Shown: positions 30,657 to 43,589, numbered from the stretch's first letter. The stretch: DNA of 64,000 nt from Eledone cirrhosa (GCA_964016885.1 OZ024748.1:15562001-15626000); one strand, 5' to 3'. The notes: generated by a model from the sequence alone, not told the origin. A program made the numbers and translations.

Positions 30657-30695
30657 TGAACCTGAAGATTGCGAAAGCATGAAAGTACTTGTTCA
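30657..30695 (+). ncRNA. Minimal type I hammerhead ribozyme in Penelope pseudo-LTR
   Basis: Stem I TGAAC/GTTCA; CTGAAGA; stem II T-TGC-GAAA-GCA-T; GAAA; palindromic GTAC stem III; CUU triplet. Minimal HHRs are an established feature of Penelope-like LTRs. Confidence 0.8.
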
Positions 30696-30856
30696 ATTAA
30701 CACTTAGAATTTAATATTCTATCATACTATTTCATTATAATACCATTATATATATTTTAAAGGATTGTAAATAAAACGAGTAAATCAGACAAAGTTGGAA
30801 TTCCTCTTATTAATATAATCTTCTATACACAATCATACACACCCGTGTATATTTAC

Positions 30857-30872
30857 CTATCTATATCTATAC

Positions 30873-30903
<31 letters not shown>

Positions 30904-31550
30904 CATATATATACATATACATATATATATACATATATATATACATATATACATATATATATACATATATACATATATATATACATATATACATATATAT
31001 ATACATATATATATACATATATATATACATATATACATACATATATATATACATATATACATATATATACATATATACATATATATACATATATACATAT
31101 ATACATATATATACATATATGTATATACATATACATACATATATATATATACATATATACATATATGTATATACATATACATACATATATATATATACAT
31201 ATATACATATATGTATATACATATATACATACATATATGTATATACATATATACATACATATATACATATATATATACATATATATATACATATATACAT
31301 ACATATATATATACATATATACATACATATATACATATATAGATACATATATACATACATATATACATACATATATACATATATACATACATATATACAT
31401 ACATATATACATACATATATACATACATATATACATACATATATACATACATATATACATACACATATACATACATATATACATACACATATACATACAC
31501 ATATACATATATACGTATATACATACATATAAACATACATATACACATAC
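30857..31550. repeat. (TA)n/(TACA)n microsatellite
   Basis: Directly visible. Confidence 0.92.
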
Positions 31551-32627
31551 TAAAGTAAGTAAGTTAATTTTTAATTTTTAAAATTTTCTTATTTTACGTC
31601 TTTCATATAATTGTTGTGCATCCCCCTGCATAGAACCACCTAGGTACTATGACATAACTTATATATTTGCTAGCATTAGTGTACATCTGTACGCATATGT
31701 TCGTAGATATACTAATTCTCTCTCTCTCTATATATATATTATATATATATACGTACATATACATTCTTACTCACACCTACATATATATGATGATGGTCAT
31801 GATGACTATGATAATAATGGTTGTGATGATGAATTGGTTCATTGTAAGCTGCTATTATCTCAATAACTGTCATCTTTTCACTACTGTCAGCTGCCATAAC
31901 TACCAGACACTGGGATGAAATTAAACTTTCTTATCTAAATCTAACAGTGCAAGGTTATATTAACACTGACTTACTCATTGTCTTTAATACAGATGCTATC
32001 GCTGGTCTCTTTCATTTCTAAACAACTCTATTTTCCTATGCCAACATATCATACCGTCATAGACATTTACTTAGAGATTCATTCATTACCACATTGGCAA
32101 TTATGGGCAAGTTAAAGCTAGCTTTGCTTTATTTTACTGAGGAGTCATTAATAAGAATAAAATATACATATGCCTGGGATTGTCTCCCATCTTTGTCAAC
32201 ATCATTGTATGCAGTATCAACTCACAGTTCACAATAAGACAAAGAGACATCCACACCACAAGCTTGTGACAGTTGTTCTTATCCTGTGCCACTCTCATTC
32301 ATATAGACCAATATATATATATATGTATATTGCATCATAACTTTGGCACTGTGTGGACTAAGATCTCTGCTGGACAGTCGTTAGTGTATATATATATATA
32401 TATAAATAAAACATGAATTTAAAATAATTTTGAAAACCATACTAAGCACTAGAAAAATTAACAATAGAATCTTACATTAGAAATTTTAATTTGCTAAGGT
32501 AAGGTCCTATTGTTATCTTAATTTTATTTCTTCTAGTGCATTGTGTGGTTTTCAAAATTAATTAAATTTGCATTTGGTATTCAACAATGCTGCAAGCAAA
32601 CTACAACACTGATTATATATATATATG

Positions 32628-32817
32628 AAATAATTGTTTCTACTTTTAGCACGAGGCCAGCAATTATCCCAGTGCATTACTGGTACTTTATTTTATCGAC
32701 CCCATAAGGATGAAAGGCAAAGTTAACCTCGACGGGATTTGAACTCAGACCGTAAAGGGATCTAACTATGCTGCAAAGCATAGCGTCCGACCCTCTACCG
32801 ATACTGCCAATTCACCA
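32628..32817 (-). mobile_element. tRNA-derived SINE, near full length
   Basis: Near-identical to 22735-22927 (A box, B box, central domain, tail). Confidence 0.82.
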
Positions 32818-32917
32818 ATGGTAGTTAAAAGGGGATTAATTCACTATAATTGTCTATTGCATGATATATATTTCTGTTACATGGTTAATCATGTAACTTT
32901 GTCAGATGTTTGCACAA

Positions 32918-32968
32918 GCATCTGACGAAGTTACATGAATAACCATGTAACAGAAATATATATCATGC
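32918..32968 (+). ncRNA. Type I hammerhead motif in the right arm of a 194-bp palindrome
   Basis: GCAT/ATGC stem I; CTGACGA 32922-28; stem II A-GTTACATG/CATGTAAC-A; GAAA 32953-56; TATATA palindromic stem III; AUC triplet. Confidence 0.7.
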
Positions 32969-33936
32969 AATAAACAATTATATTGAATTAATCCCATCTT
33001 ATCTACCATTATTTGATAAATAAATACTCCGTCACTCATAATCACCTACTTGGGATAAACTACTCATGTGAATTGATTTAGATCACTAGGATTGTCCTCA
33101 AGAGGTTACAATGTAACAATGAAGATAAACATTACTCTTCTGCAATATATATATATAATCATCAAATGGGTGTTAAACGTTGCATGGTGATGTCTCCCGA
33201 ATGAAACAGTTCTAGTCCTGTAGAAGTCATTTCTATATTATATATATATAGTGTTCAACGACCTGCATATTGTTTTTGGCGGTGGCCTCCTTCCTCCCAT
33301 TTTTGGGACAGTGTGAGATTTTCTTTAGAACTGCTGGACTAACAACCTAGCAGCTCCCTCAAACACTCATGGTGATCATCGCTAAATATTGATATTGATT
33401 TGGTTATCAATATTAATATTATTGGGTTACCTACTGAAGATTTATAAGAGCCCACTTGAATAAGTATATGTTGATCTTATACAAGCTTCTACAAAACTTG
33501 GTATAATTTCACCCAACTTGTAGAAATCTTATAATGAAACGAGTTGTCTGAGAAATGATATATTTGATATATCTCATATGAAATAATACAGCCAATTATC
33601 CACACAATACAATATAGTTAGCATCGCAAACATTTAATTGGGAATATACTCAGGTATTTCCTAATGTTTATTGAGTGAGCTGGAATTTGGCCGGAGTATC
33701 GCTATTAGCTTTCTCCAATTATGTATTTATATATATATATATATCATCAAATGTATGCTAAACGTTGATAATATATGTTAATCACTTCCTTGCTATTTGG
33801 TCTATATCTATGTTTGTAACTGCTCGCTCCTAATCTTAGCCTATTTTTCCTTGATATCCTTCCTAGGCTTTAATAGATGTATACTCCATATTCTTCTGAG
33901 TTTTTGGCTTGTATTAGCCGATAGTGCTTCTTGTAG

Positions 33937-33990
33937 CTTTACTTGCCCTGATGAGTCCTTAATAGGACAAAACATTGTTGGCTAATAAAG
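33937..33990 (+). ncRNA. Hammerhead ribozyme remnant with a G12>A core mutation
   Basis: Stem I CTTTACTTGCC/GGCTAATAAAG; CTGATGA; stem II GTCCT-TAAT-AGGAC; AAAA instead of GAAA; C-ATT-G; GUU triplet. Confidence 0.65.
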
Positions 33991-34935
33991 ACTTTTGATG
34001 TATTGAAGGCTTCTTTGGTTTATTTTTTATAATATATATAAATATATATATATTCTCAAAGATGGTTAAGATTTTGAAGGACATTGCTGAAGAAGTTAGC
34101 AGGAGGTCATACACAAGCTATTATTATGGGTACCAACTGACAGTAGAGGAGGACCTGCTCAAAGATACATCGATCATCTCTCAGACAATACAAACCTCAA
34201 TAGGAAGTAGTTGTCAGCAGCAATGGAAAGTCATGAATTGTAGAGAGATTTTGTAAGGAATGTTTGACTGTGGATGCAATAATTATTATATAATATAAAC
34301 ACTGGTATATCAGCAAAACTAACTTATCCACTACAGCAAGACTAGTTTTTACAAATGAAAGCTTCAATTTATATAACATTTAATATGTTCTTGTGATTTA
34401 TAACTTGGGAAATAGGATGACCAGACAGAATATCTATGTTTTTATTTTCATTGATATATAATGTATATGTTGTTGCTGATGTATAAGCCAATCTTAAACA
34501 AGGTATTCGCATGTACTACTAAATAGGCTGTTTCTCCATCTTTAGTACATCATAGTTCTGTATAATGTATATACATTACATATATATCATATATACTACC
34601 ATACTATTCTACCATACTATTTCATTATAATATTATATATATATGAATATATATATATATTATATATATATAAATATATAGATATATATATTATATATAC
34701 TATATATTATATATATTATACATTATATATATATTACATATATATATATTATTTATATATTATACATTATATAAAATATATATACACACACACACACACA
34801 TGATTAATCACATGCTTATTGACATTTATTACTCTCATTACCGACTGAAGTAACAACAAATAAATATATAATTAAATAAACAAATAAATAAATAAATGTG
34901 TCTCCACTAAATATAAAGTCAGTCAGTAGTAGCAG

Positions 34936-35745
34936 TAATAATAATAATAATAATGATTTCATTTATTAGCCACAAGGGCCGACATGTAGGGGACAATACA
35001 CGGACAGGGACAGTGGGGGTTTACAATAAGGTCGAGTAAAAGTGCACAATGGCAAGACTAATTTAACAATGAAAATATAAAAAATATAAAATAAACTATG
35101 CATAAATATAACAAAATAAACTCCCCTATAGAGGTGGACAACCCAGAGGTGACTCAGGTACCCCACCAATCCTGAACCACCCTGCGCTTCTAGGGCACCC
35201 AGAGAGAGAGCGCCCCTCTCCTCAAGTTAGCTGGTCCACCATATTACATCTTTCGCAACGGCCACCAGACAAAGGAAAATTACATGCTCTTCCTGACCAA
35301 AGGAAGGTGACGGGTCGATCTTCACTATGGACTCGGCCGATAGCTGGATCCGTTCCACACGTGACAGTAACTGTTCGACATAACTGCACAAGTCAGTAAT
35401 GCACGGACATTAGACAAGTACGTGCAGAACGGTTTCGTCGCTCTGTGCGCATCTTGCGCAGATCCGTCTGACAGCACTTCCACGCCTGTAGAGTTTATCC
35501 CGAACCGGCAGTGCCCCCCGGTAGCACTGCCAAGTAAGGGATTTCTGGATATTGTCCATTGTCCCCGGCTCGAAAGTCCTCCGGTACAGACTGGTGAGTT
35601 CGACTTTGTCGAGGCCCAAAGCTTCTCCGAGTGCGTCATCGCACTTGCCCACCACTAATCCTCTATAGAACTCGAGAGTGGAAGTTCCACTGATTGCATT
35701 GCCCGCTTGGTAGAGGGCAGTGAAGGCCTGGCAACATTCCAGGTG
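34936..35745 (-). mobile_element. L1/Tx1-clade LINE 3' fragment
   Basis: KSLTWQCYRGALPVRDKL...CARCAQSDETVLHVLV*CP is a zf-RVT-type CCHC finger; AATAAA followed by an (ATT)n tail on the minus strand. Confidence 0.8.
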
Positions 35746-35832
35746 CCTACAAATATCAGCATCATGAATGATATTAAGAAAACCGATCCATAAACTGTTG
35801 CTATATATATATATACATATATATATATACGG

Positions 35833-36055
35833 CTGAAAATTGCAAACTTGACTGTCACCAATGAATATAAACCTGAAGATTGCGAAAGCATGAAAGTACT
35901 TATTCATTTAACATTTAATATTCTACCATACTATTTCATTATAATATCATTATAATTTTAAAGGATTGTAAATAAAACGAGTAAATCAGACAAAGTTGGA
36001 ATTACTTTTATTAATATAACTTTCTATACACAATCATACACACCCGTGTATATTT
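35833..36055 (+). mobile_element. Solo Penelope pseudo-LTR fragment with hammerhead core (35873-35901)
   Basis: Aligns by eye with 30623-30855; core intact but stem I disrupted. Confidence 0.85.
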
Positions 36056-36212
36056 ATTTTATATAAACACATATACATACACATACGTACACACATAGAT
36101 ATACACATATACATACATACACACATACATACATACACATACATACATGCATACATATATATACACACATATATACATGCATACATATATATACACACAT
36201 ATATACATATAT

Positions 36213-36491
36213 ATCATCATCATCATCATCATCAGGTTTAGCGTCCGTGTTCCACGCTTGCATGGGTTTGGACAGGGGTTTTCCCACTTGAGGCAAGAGT
36301 GGTTGTCTTGCTCGCATAGGACTGTCTGGCGGGTTTTCTACAGTTGGATGCCCTTCCTAACACCAACCACATTTACAGTGTGGGGCTGGGAGGTTTTTAC
36401 CGTGTTGCCTACACGGCCACATTACAGCGTGGACTGTCTGGCGGGTTTTCTACAGCTGGATGCCCTTCCTAACACCAACCACATTTACAGT
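36213..36491 (-). mobile_element. RTE 3' UTR-only copy
   Basis: Nearly identical to 17301-17581, including the (GAT)n tail. Confidence 0.88.
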
Positions 36492-36730
36492 ATACACTTG
36501 TGTGTATAGGTATATATATATATATATATATATAAATGGAATAGAATGAAACTAAATTTCCTTTCTCACTCTTAGTACAGCACTTACTTAAATGTAAGTA
36601 TGTATACGTACATACATATATGTATACAGACGTACAGTAGTATGTATATATATACACACATGCACACATATATGTATACAGACGTACAGTAGTATGTATA
36701 TATATACACACATGCACACATATATATATA

Positions 36731-36815
36731 TGCACGTTTCGGTTTACCGAACATTTATTATAATGCTCGATTTGTTTGTTTGTTAACAAACAAACAGCCC
36801 GAATTACGCCGTGCA
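36731..36815. mobile_element. Small palindromic MITE-like element
   Basis: TGCACG...CGTGCA ends in TA context; internal TTTGTTTGTTAACAAACAAA palindrome. Confidence 0.35.
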
Positions 36816-37532
36816 TATATGTATGTACGTATACATACATACTTACATTTATATATATATATATATATATATATGTGTACACTTGTATGTGTGAATGTAT
36901 GTATGTAAGTATGTATATCAGATCTGGTTAATGTCAACTTACATAACAAAACAATCACTAACACAGAAGCTGGTTGATAGTAAGTTAGAATGATCGGCAA
37001 CCATTTTGTTTTTCTGTTTATAGTGGAATGAATTAAAGGTTAGTTGCTCTGTATAAGATATATTGGTACCTTTTGGTACAAATAGTGTGTTCTATATACT
37101 ATCATCGTCTATTGTCTCTTATTCCGTATACAGTGTGTTCGCTTTTTACGCGATGATGCATTCGTGAACAAGGCGTGTAAAGGAAATTTGTGTAATTCAA
37201 GTCTAATTTTCTGATAGATATAGAAATTAAAAATCACACGCGTTACAGCGCGTTATTTGCGCAATGTGAATATTTACTATTTTTTTCAAGAAGCATTTAA
37301 TCGAATTCAAGTATTTCAAGTTTGCATAAAAAGCGAACAGTGTGTGTGCCCATGTGTGCGCACATATATGGGTGTGTGCGCACATATATGGGTGTGTGCG
37401 CATGTGTGCGTCTGCGTGCACAGTAAAGTGTAGGAACATATATAAGCCTGTCTGCAAAGGCAGTGGCTACAATTGAGTATAGACATGTTCTGTGACAACT
37501 TAGCATGGAAAAGCAAATATATGATGATGATT

Positions 37533-38258
37533 CTTAATCTTAGTCTTAGTTCCTCCAGTCCCTTGTGGAACATTGGGTGACGAGCTTACTCCACTTGATC
37601 CTGTCACCGGCAGCCCTTCTAGCACCTCTCCAAGTAATTCCCATCTCCCGCAGGTCCTCCCTGAATGTGCTCCACCATGTTTTTCGTGGTCTTCCCCGTT
37701 CTCTCCTGCCACCTTCTGGTACCCAATCCATGGCAATATGAGCAGGTCGATCTGCCGGCAAACGAAGGATGTGGCCTGCGAACCGCCGTCTCCTTTTCCA
37801 GACAATGTCCCTTAACCTCTTCAATCCTGACCTCCTGATCACTTCCTCGTTGCTAACTTGGTCTCTCCATGAAATTTTCAATATGGTCCGAATGCAACGA
37901 CGGTGGAATACATCAAGCTTGTTCCATACACTTTCCGTACTCTTCCATGTCTCACAGGCATATATCGCTGTTGGTACTACAATGGACATGTAAACACGGA
38001 ATTTGACGGCGTTGCCGATAGAACACCTGGACCATACCGGACGGAGTCGCTGGAAGACCGCCACTGCTTTTCCCAGCCTTGTGCGCACATCCACCTCAGC
38101 ATCCCCATCGTCAGAGATGTTGCTGCCAAGCTATTGGAAGTGGTTTACACATTCAATGTTACGCTGACCAACCATGATGGGAGGATTTGGAGGGTCACCT
38201 GTGACATGGTCTTGGTTTTTTCACAACTGATGCGCAGGCCAACTTTCTCTGCATTGTC
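37533..38258 (-). mobile_element. 5'-truncated RTE LINE of a distinct family with a (CTAAGA)n-like tail and 12-bp TSD
   Basis: AEKVGLRISCEKTKTM, DVRTRLGKA, VYMSIVVPTAIYACETW, RRFAGHILR, GRPRKTW; flanked by ATGATGATGATT at 37521-32 and 38259-70. Confidence 0.9.
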
Positions 38259-38344
38259 ATGATGATGATTATATATATTTATATATAGGTGCCTGTAGGG
38301 TATTATATATGTATGTATGTTTATATGCATGTGTGTGTAAAGGG

Positions 38345-38660
38345 AGATGTCCCACACAGTAAGCAAATGGACGCTGGTATGCAGGGGCAATTGCTATTTT
38401 TCCATGAAAGAAACCTTGCCTGAGATTGTACCTACAAGTTAAGCAAATGGAGACTGCTATGCATGGGCAACTGCTGTTTTGCCATGAAAAAAACCTTCCC
38501 CAAGTTTGTACCCACACAGTAAGCAAATGGAGACTGGTATGCCATGAAAAAACCTTGTCTGGGCTTGTACCCACAAAGTAAGCAAATGGCAACTGGTATG
38601 TATGGGCAACTGCTGTTTTGCCATGTACAAACCTTACCCACACAGTAAACGAATGAGGTA
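38345..38660. repeat. Degenerate tandem repeat of about 60-85 bp (CACAGTAAGCAAATGG...CCATGAAAAAACCTT)
   Basis: AAGCAAATGG recurs at about 38361, 38441, 38521 and 38580. Confidence 0.65.
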
Positions 38661-39135
38661 TGGGATCTTGTTGATTCATTTTACAAAATCTGCCCAAAAC
38701 CCCCAGTGTGGATAAATACTATGTCTTCTGTATAGCTAGAGTAGTTGTTATCTACTAGTCAGTTATGTAACATTCTACTATACATAGTTGGCCATTTAAT
38801 AAAGATATCGATCAAGATTTTTCCAAGCAGTGAAATATTTTCCAAATAAAAATCAGACATTTCAGTCAGACTTTGGAGGAGACTACAACTGGTGCAAATA
38901 TTTATACCTGTTTATTTGTGGATTTGTCTTACAGGCAACAAACTATGTGTGAGTAATATATATAAATATATAAATACCTACACACACACACATATATACA
39001 CACCTACACACACACACACATATATATACATACATACCTACACACACACATATATACATACATAAATACACACACATATATACATACATACACACATATA
39101 TACACACATACATACATACATACATACATACATAC

Positions 39136-39175
<40 letters not shown>

Positions 39176-39284
39176 CAAGAAAGAGAGAGGGGAGAGGAAT
39201 TTTACTAAGGAAACAGAAGCAATACCATTTCTATTATAATCAATGCTGCAGGTGCATTTCTATATTTATGGAGAGGGAGAAGGG

Positions 39285-39780
39285 TGAGAGAGGGAGGAAA
39301 TAAGAGAGGGGGTGAGAAAGAAGAGGATGAGATAGAGGGGGAGGTGAGAGAGGGCGAGGGGTGAGAGAGGGTGGCGAGGGAGATGGGGAGAGAGGAGGAA
39401 GGTGAGAAAGAGGGAGAGGAGAAAGAGAGATGGATGAGGGAGAGAGAGGGATGAGGGAGAGAGAGAGGGATGAGGGAGAGAGAGAGGGATGAGGGAGAGA
39501 GAGAGGGATGAGGGAGAAAGAGGGATGAGAGAGAGAGGGATGAGAGAGAAAAGGGGAGGGATGATAGAAAGGGGGAGAGATGAGAGAAAGGAGGAGAGAT
39601 GAGAGAAAAGGGGAGAGATGAGAGAAAGGAGGAGAGATGAGAGAAAAGGGGAGAGATGAGAGAAAAGGGGAGAGATGAGAGAGAGGGGGAGAGATGAGAA
39701 ATCGGGGGAGAGATTAGAGAGAGGAGGAGAGATTAGAGAGAGGAGGAGAGATGAGAGAGAGGAAGGAGGATAAAGAGGTA
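39285..39780. repeat. GA-rich tandem low-complexity tract
   Basis: Units such as GAGAGAGGGAT and GGAGAGATGAGAGAAA are visible. Confidence 0.85.
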
Positions 39781-40087
39781 AGTTAAAGAATGAACTTGGG
39801 TAGTTTATGACTGTTACAAAATCTTGTTCATACACACACACACACACACACACATACACACAGATAGAGCTTCTTTAAGGACATAAATATTATATTCAAC
39901 GCCAAAGGTACCGCAATACAACATTTTTGAGGATGTTATACAGATGACAAAATATACTGCCAATTCATGTATATAAGTCACACCTCCACATTACATACAT
40001 ATCCAGTCTACCATATATTTTGATGTTCCAAAAGTCCTCTGGATAAGATGTGTGCTAGAGTCTCCATGTTATATTCTCGTGAAAAGA

Positions 40088-40770
40088 GCTGTGATTCATA
40101 CACAAGTATATAAGGCAAGTGTAAGCTGTGATTCATACACAAGTATCTAAGGTAAGTGTAAACTGTGACTTATACACAAGTATATAAGGTAAGTGTAAGC
40201 TGTGACTTGTACACAAGTATCTAAGGTAAGTGTAAGCTGTGACTAATACACAAGTATATAAGGTAAGTGTAAGCTGTAACTTATACACAAATATATAAGG
40301 TTAGGTTTGAGTTATACACAAGTATATATGCTGTGTGTAAGGTGTGATTTATTAACAAGTTTATATGGCATGTATACGATGTGATTTACACACAACTATC
40401 ATGATATATGTATGGTGTGACATTATATAAGGTATGTGCAAGTGCAAGGTGATGGCATACACAAGTATATAAGGTATAAGGTATGATTTATACACAAATA
40501 TGTATATTATGTGTAAGGTGTGACATTATATGCAAGAATATATTTTATGTGTAAAGTGTGACAATATACACAAGTATATACGGTATGTATAAGATGTGAT
40601 TTATACGCAAATATATATGATATGTGTATGGTATGACATTATACACAAGTATATAAGGTATGTGTTAGGTGGGATTTATACACAAATGTATATTATGTGT
40701 AAGGTGTGACATTTTATGCAAAAATATATATATTTTACATGTATAAGGTGTGATTTATACACAAATATAT
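40088..40770. repeat. 37-bp minisatellite (GCTGTGATTCATACACAAGTATATAAGGTAAGTGTAA)n, decaying 3'
   Basis: Period 37 (unit starts at 40088 and 40125); roughly 17-18 units. Confidence 0.88.
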
Positions 40771-41875
40771 ACAGCAGTTAAGTTTTTAATTTATGTTTAT
40801 TTATTTTTCCCTTTTCAAAGCCAAAATCTGCAACATTTCAATGCTTTATCTGCAAATGATAACTTTATTATGTTGCATACTTTTTATTATCTCTAATATA
40901 TAAAGGTATTTTATAAAAGCAAAATCGTTTGCCTGCTATGCCATAAAAATGATAAGGATGCATTTAGGCCCACATTAGACATAAAGGGAGCCTTTAATAT
41001 TTCAGTAATTTGCATAAACCTTTTACTTAAATTGTGTCGAGATGTACATGACGAAACAACAGCCTAGTCTCATAAAGTTAAGCGATAATATAAATGCTTA
41101 GCACATTATATGATTCACATAAGATAAATAGGTATGTTGAAATAATCTCTGTTTTACCGAACAATATTCAATAACTTAATCATAGCCTCAAAGAAATGAA
41201 GTGCAAATTGTGAAACTATTGTATGATATTAACTGTGTGGAACAGTTAAAAGTTGTAGAGTGCAACTTGACATCACCAGAATTATATAATTCACAGAAAT
41301 ACAGATTGTAATGTAACAACAGAGGGAACTAAACAACAGAACTGAACTAATACAAAAGAAATTATGGGTTTATCAAAAGAGATAAATATTTTCCTTGCTT
41401 TCCTTCTTCAAAACAACAATTATTTGATCAAACTCTATAATACAATGGAGATGCCAATATTTATTCAACAATAGAAGCAAAAGAAATATGCATATACATA
41501 CATCCAGACACACACACATATATACATACACACACACACACACACACATATATACATACATACACAGACATAGAAATACATATATACATACACACACACA
41601 TAGAAATACACATACACGCATATATACATACATACACAGACATATATAAATACATATACATTCACACACATATACATATAAACCTATATATGCATATATA
41701 GACATATATATATGTATATATATACACACATATAAACACACACACACGTTTTATGTGTTAAGTATTTCCGTAGAAAAGATAAAGGAAACAAGAGTGCTCT
41801 ATGTAGAGTACAGAGCTATTTAATTACATATGTTTTTTTATTATGTAAATACAAAAAAACTATATATATATGCAT

Positions 41876-41910
<35 letters not shown>

Positions 41911-42369
41911 ATTAAATTCAATATTGCAATAAAGACATACAATAAGTGTGAACAACAAACAGACAAAATTTACCTAATTTTTCTTCATAGTACCAAAAGA
42001 ATTAACTAGATAAATAACCAATTAATCATAGCGATATATAATTATATGTGTGAAGACAAAAAATATATATATACATATACATAATGGTAATTATTGTGTA
42101 TGCTATGTGTGTGTCAGTAGGAGCTCCACTGATTCCAATGAGGAGAGTTCTAGTTATTTGCACAATGAAACAGCCTGTTTGAGAAATTTAATGTGCAACT
42201 AACTGACCATTCCACAGACATGTTGTACTCTTACTCCTTTTGCATATAATCCGACCATATCCAGTAGAATTCTCTCACCTCTTTCTGTTCAAACTGGTCA
42301 TAGCTAGCCACTCATACTGATGTTAAGGTATTGTTCTCAAAATCTCATTGATTCGATATTATATGAAAC

Positions 42370-42707
42370 CTTTGTTTCCCACTCCCACCAACACCACCCT
42401 TTCTCTGTAAAGTTATGTTGGTACCACAACATCCAGTCCAAAATAACGAGGTCGTGTAGGTGTCACGACAAAAAAACACACAGTCCACTCTGTAATGTGG
42501 CCATGTAGGTAACACAGTAAAAAGCTCCCAGTCCGCACTGTAAATGTGGTTAGTGTTAGGAAGGGCATCCAACCATAGAAAACCTGCCAGATAGTCCTAT
42601 ACGAGTGAGACATGGTCACCCGACCAATCTTGCCTTAAGTGGAACAACTCCTGTCTAACCCATGCTAGCGTGGAAGATAGACATTTAAACGATGATGATG
42701 ATGATGA
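42370..42707 (+). mobile_element. RTE 3' UTR copy with (GAT)n tail
   Basis: Reverse-complement homologue of about 17300-17760; ends AACCCATGCTAGCGTGGAAG...GATGATGATG. Confidence 0.8.
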
Positions 42708-43331
42708 GTGTAATGTAAATATTAAAATGTTAAAGTATTTCCCAAAGAGATTCAGCATGACCCTGTGTGTGACAAAGTTATATGAATAAGAAGTCCAACT
42801 CAGTTTAGTCAACAGAATGGACTGAAGCAACATGAAATAAAAGCATGAAATGAAATGACTTGATAATAGAAACAACAAACTTGCAACTTTGCAACCACCA
42901 GCAAAATCACATAATGACTAAGCCATGCAGTGAAGCTTATAGCCTAATAGTTAAGATGCTTGACTTATGATTATAATGTTATTGGTTCAATTTCTGGGCA
43001 GGTTGCCATGTTGTGTTCTTGAGCAAAACACTTTATTTCACTTTGCGCCAATACACTCAGCTGAGATGAGTGTACTGAATATATTCAAATTCTGTGATTT
43101 GAACACACAGTGTACTGAGACACTTACTGGATATACTTGAATATCAGCTGACCCCACTAATTTATGTCTGAGAAATGGGCAAAAAAACCAAACCTTATTT
43201 CTGCAGAATTTGTAGATAGTGAAAACCATCAAAAAATTCTGACCCCAAATATAAATCTATCCCCTTATGCCATTGACTTTTTGGTCACACATTTCTTGGT
43301 TTATATTTGAGTATATGCAGTAAACAATCAC

Positions 43332-43533
43332 TTAAGCCCTTTAGCATTCACATTACTCTATATATACTATTATATTTTCACAGTAAAAGCATTACCTCAC
43401 ATAATTATCTCTCATAAAATCAAATCTGAGATTTTGATGTTATTTATTTTGAGAACAATAACTTATCAGTATAAGTGACTGGCTGTTACAGAAAGAGGTC
43501 CGGATATGGCCGTTTTAAATGCTAAAGGGTTAA
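43332..43533 (+). mobile_element. TTAA-flanked MITE, copy 2
   Basis: TTAA(G)CCCTTTAGCATT...AATGCTAAAGGG-TTAA. Confidence 0.78.
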
Positions 43534-43589
43534 TAACTCTGCTAATTTCCTATCAGAAATCCTTTTACTTTGTTACATACTATTTTCTA

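Larger units (their letters stand above)
28960..30856 (+). mobile_element. Penelope-like retroelement (Neptune-type), 5'-truncated and internally deleted, with 3' pseudo-LTR
   Basis: RT motifs LRPIIAG and SFDVVSLYTNI; LPFLDI, IYYKHTDTHQYLNFKSCHP; Cys linker CNDNRCGTC; GIY-YIG-type NLIYCIKC...LYVGQTG...R..H. The 3' non-coding region recurs at 35833 and 44580. Confidence 0.93.

Noticed and set aside
40088-40770. 37-bp repeat array of CRISPR-like unit length
   Set aside because: Contiguous, progressively degenerating units without spacers: a minisatellite.
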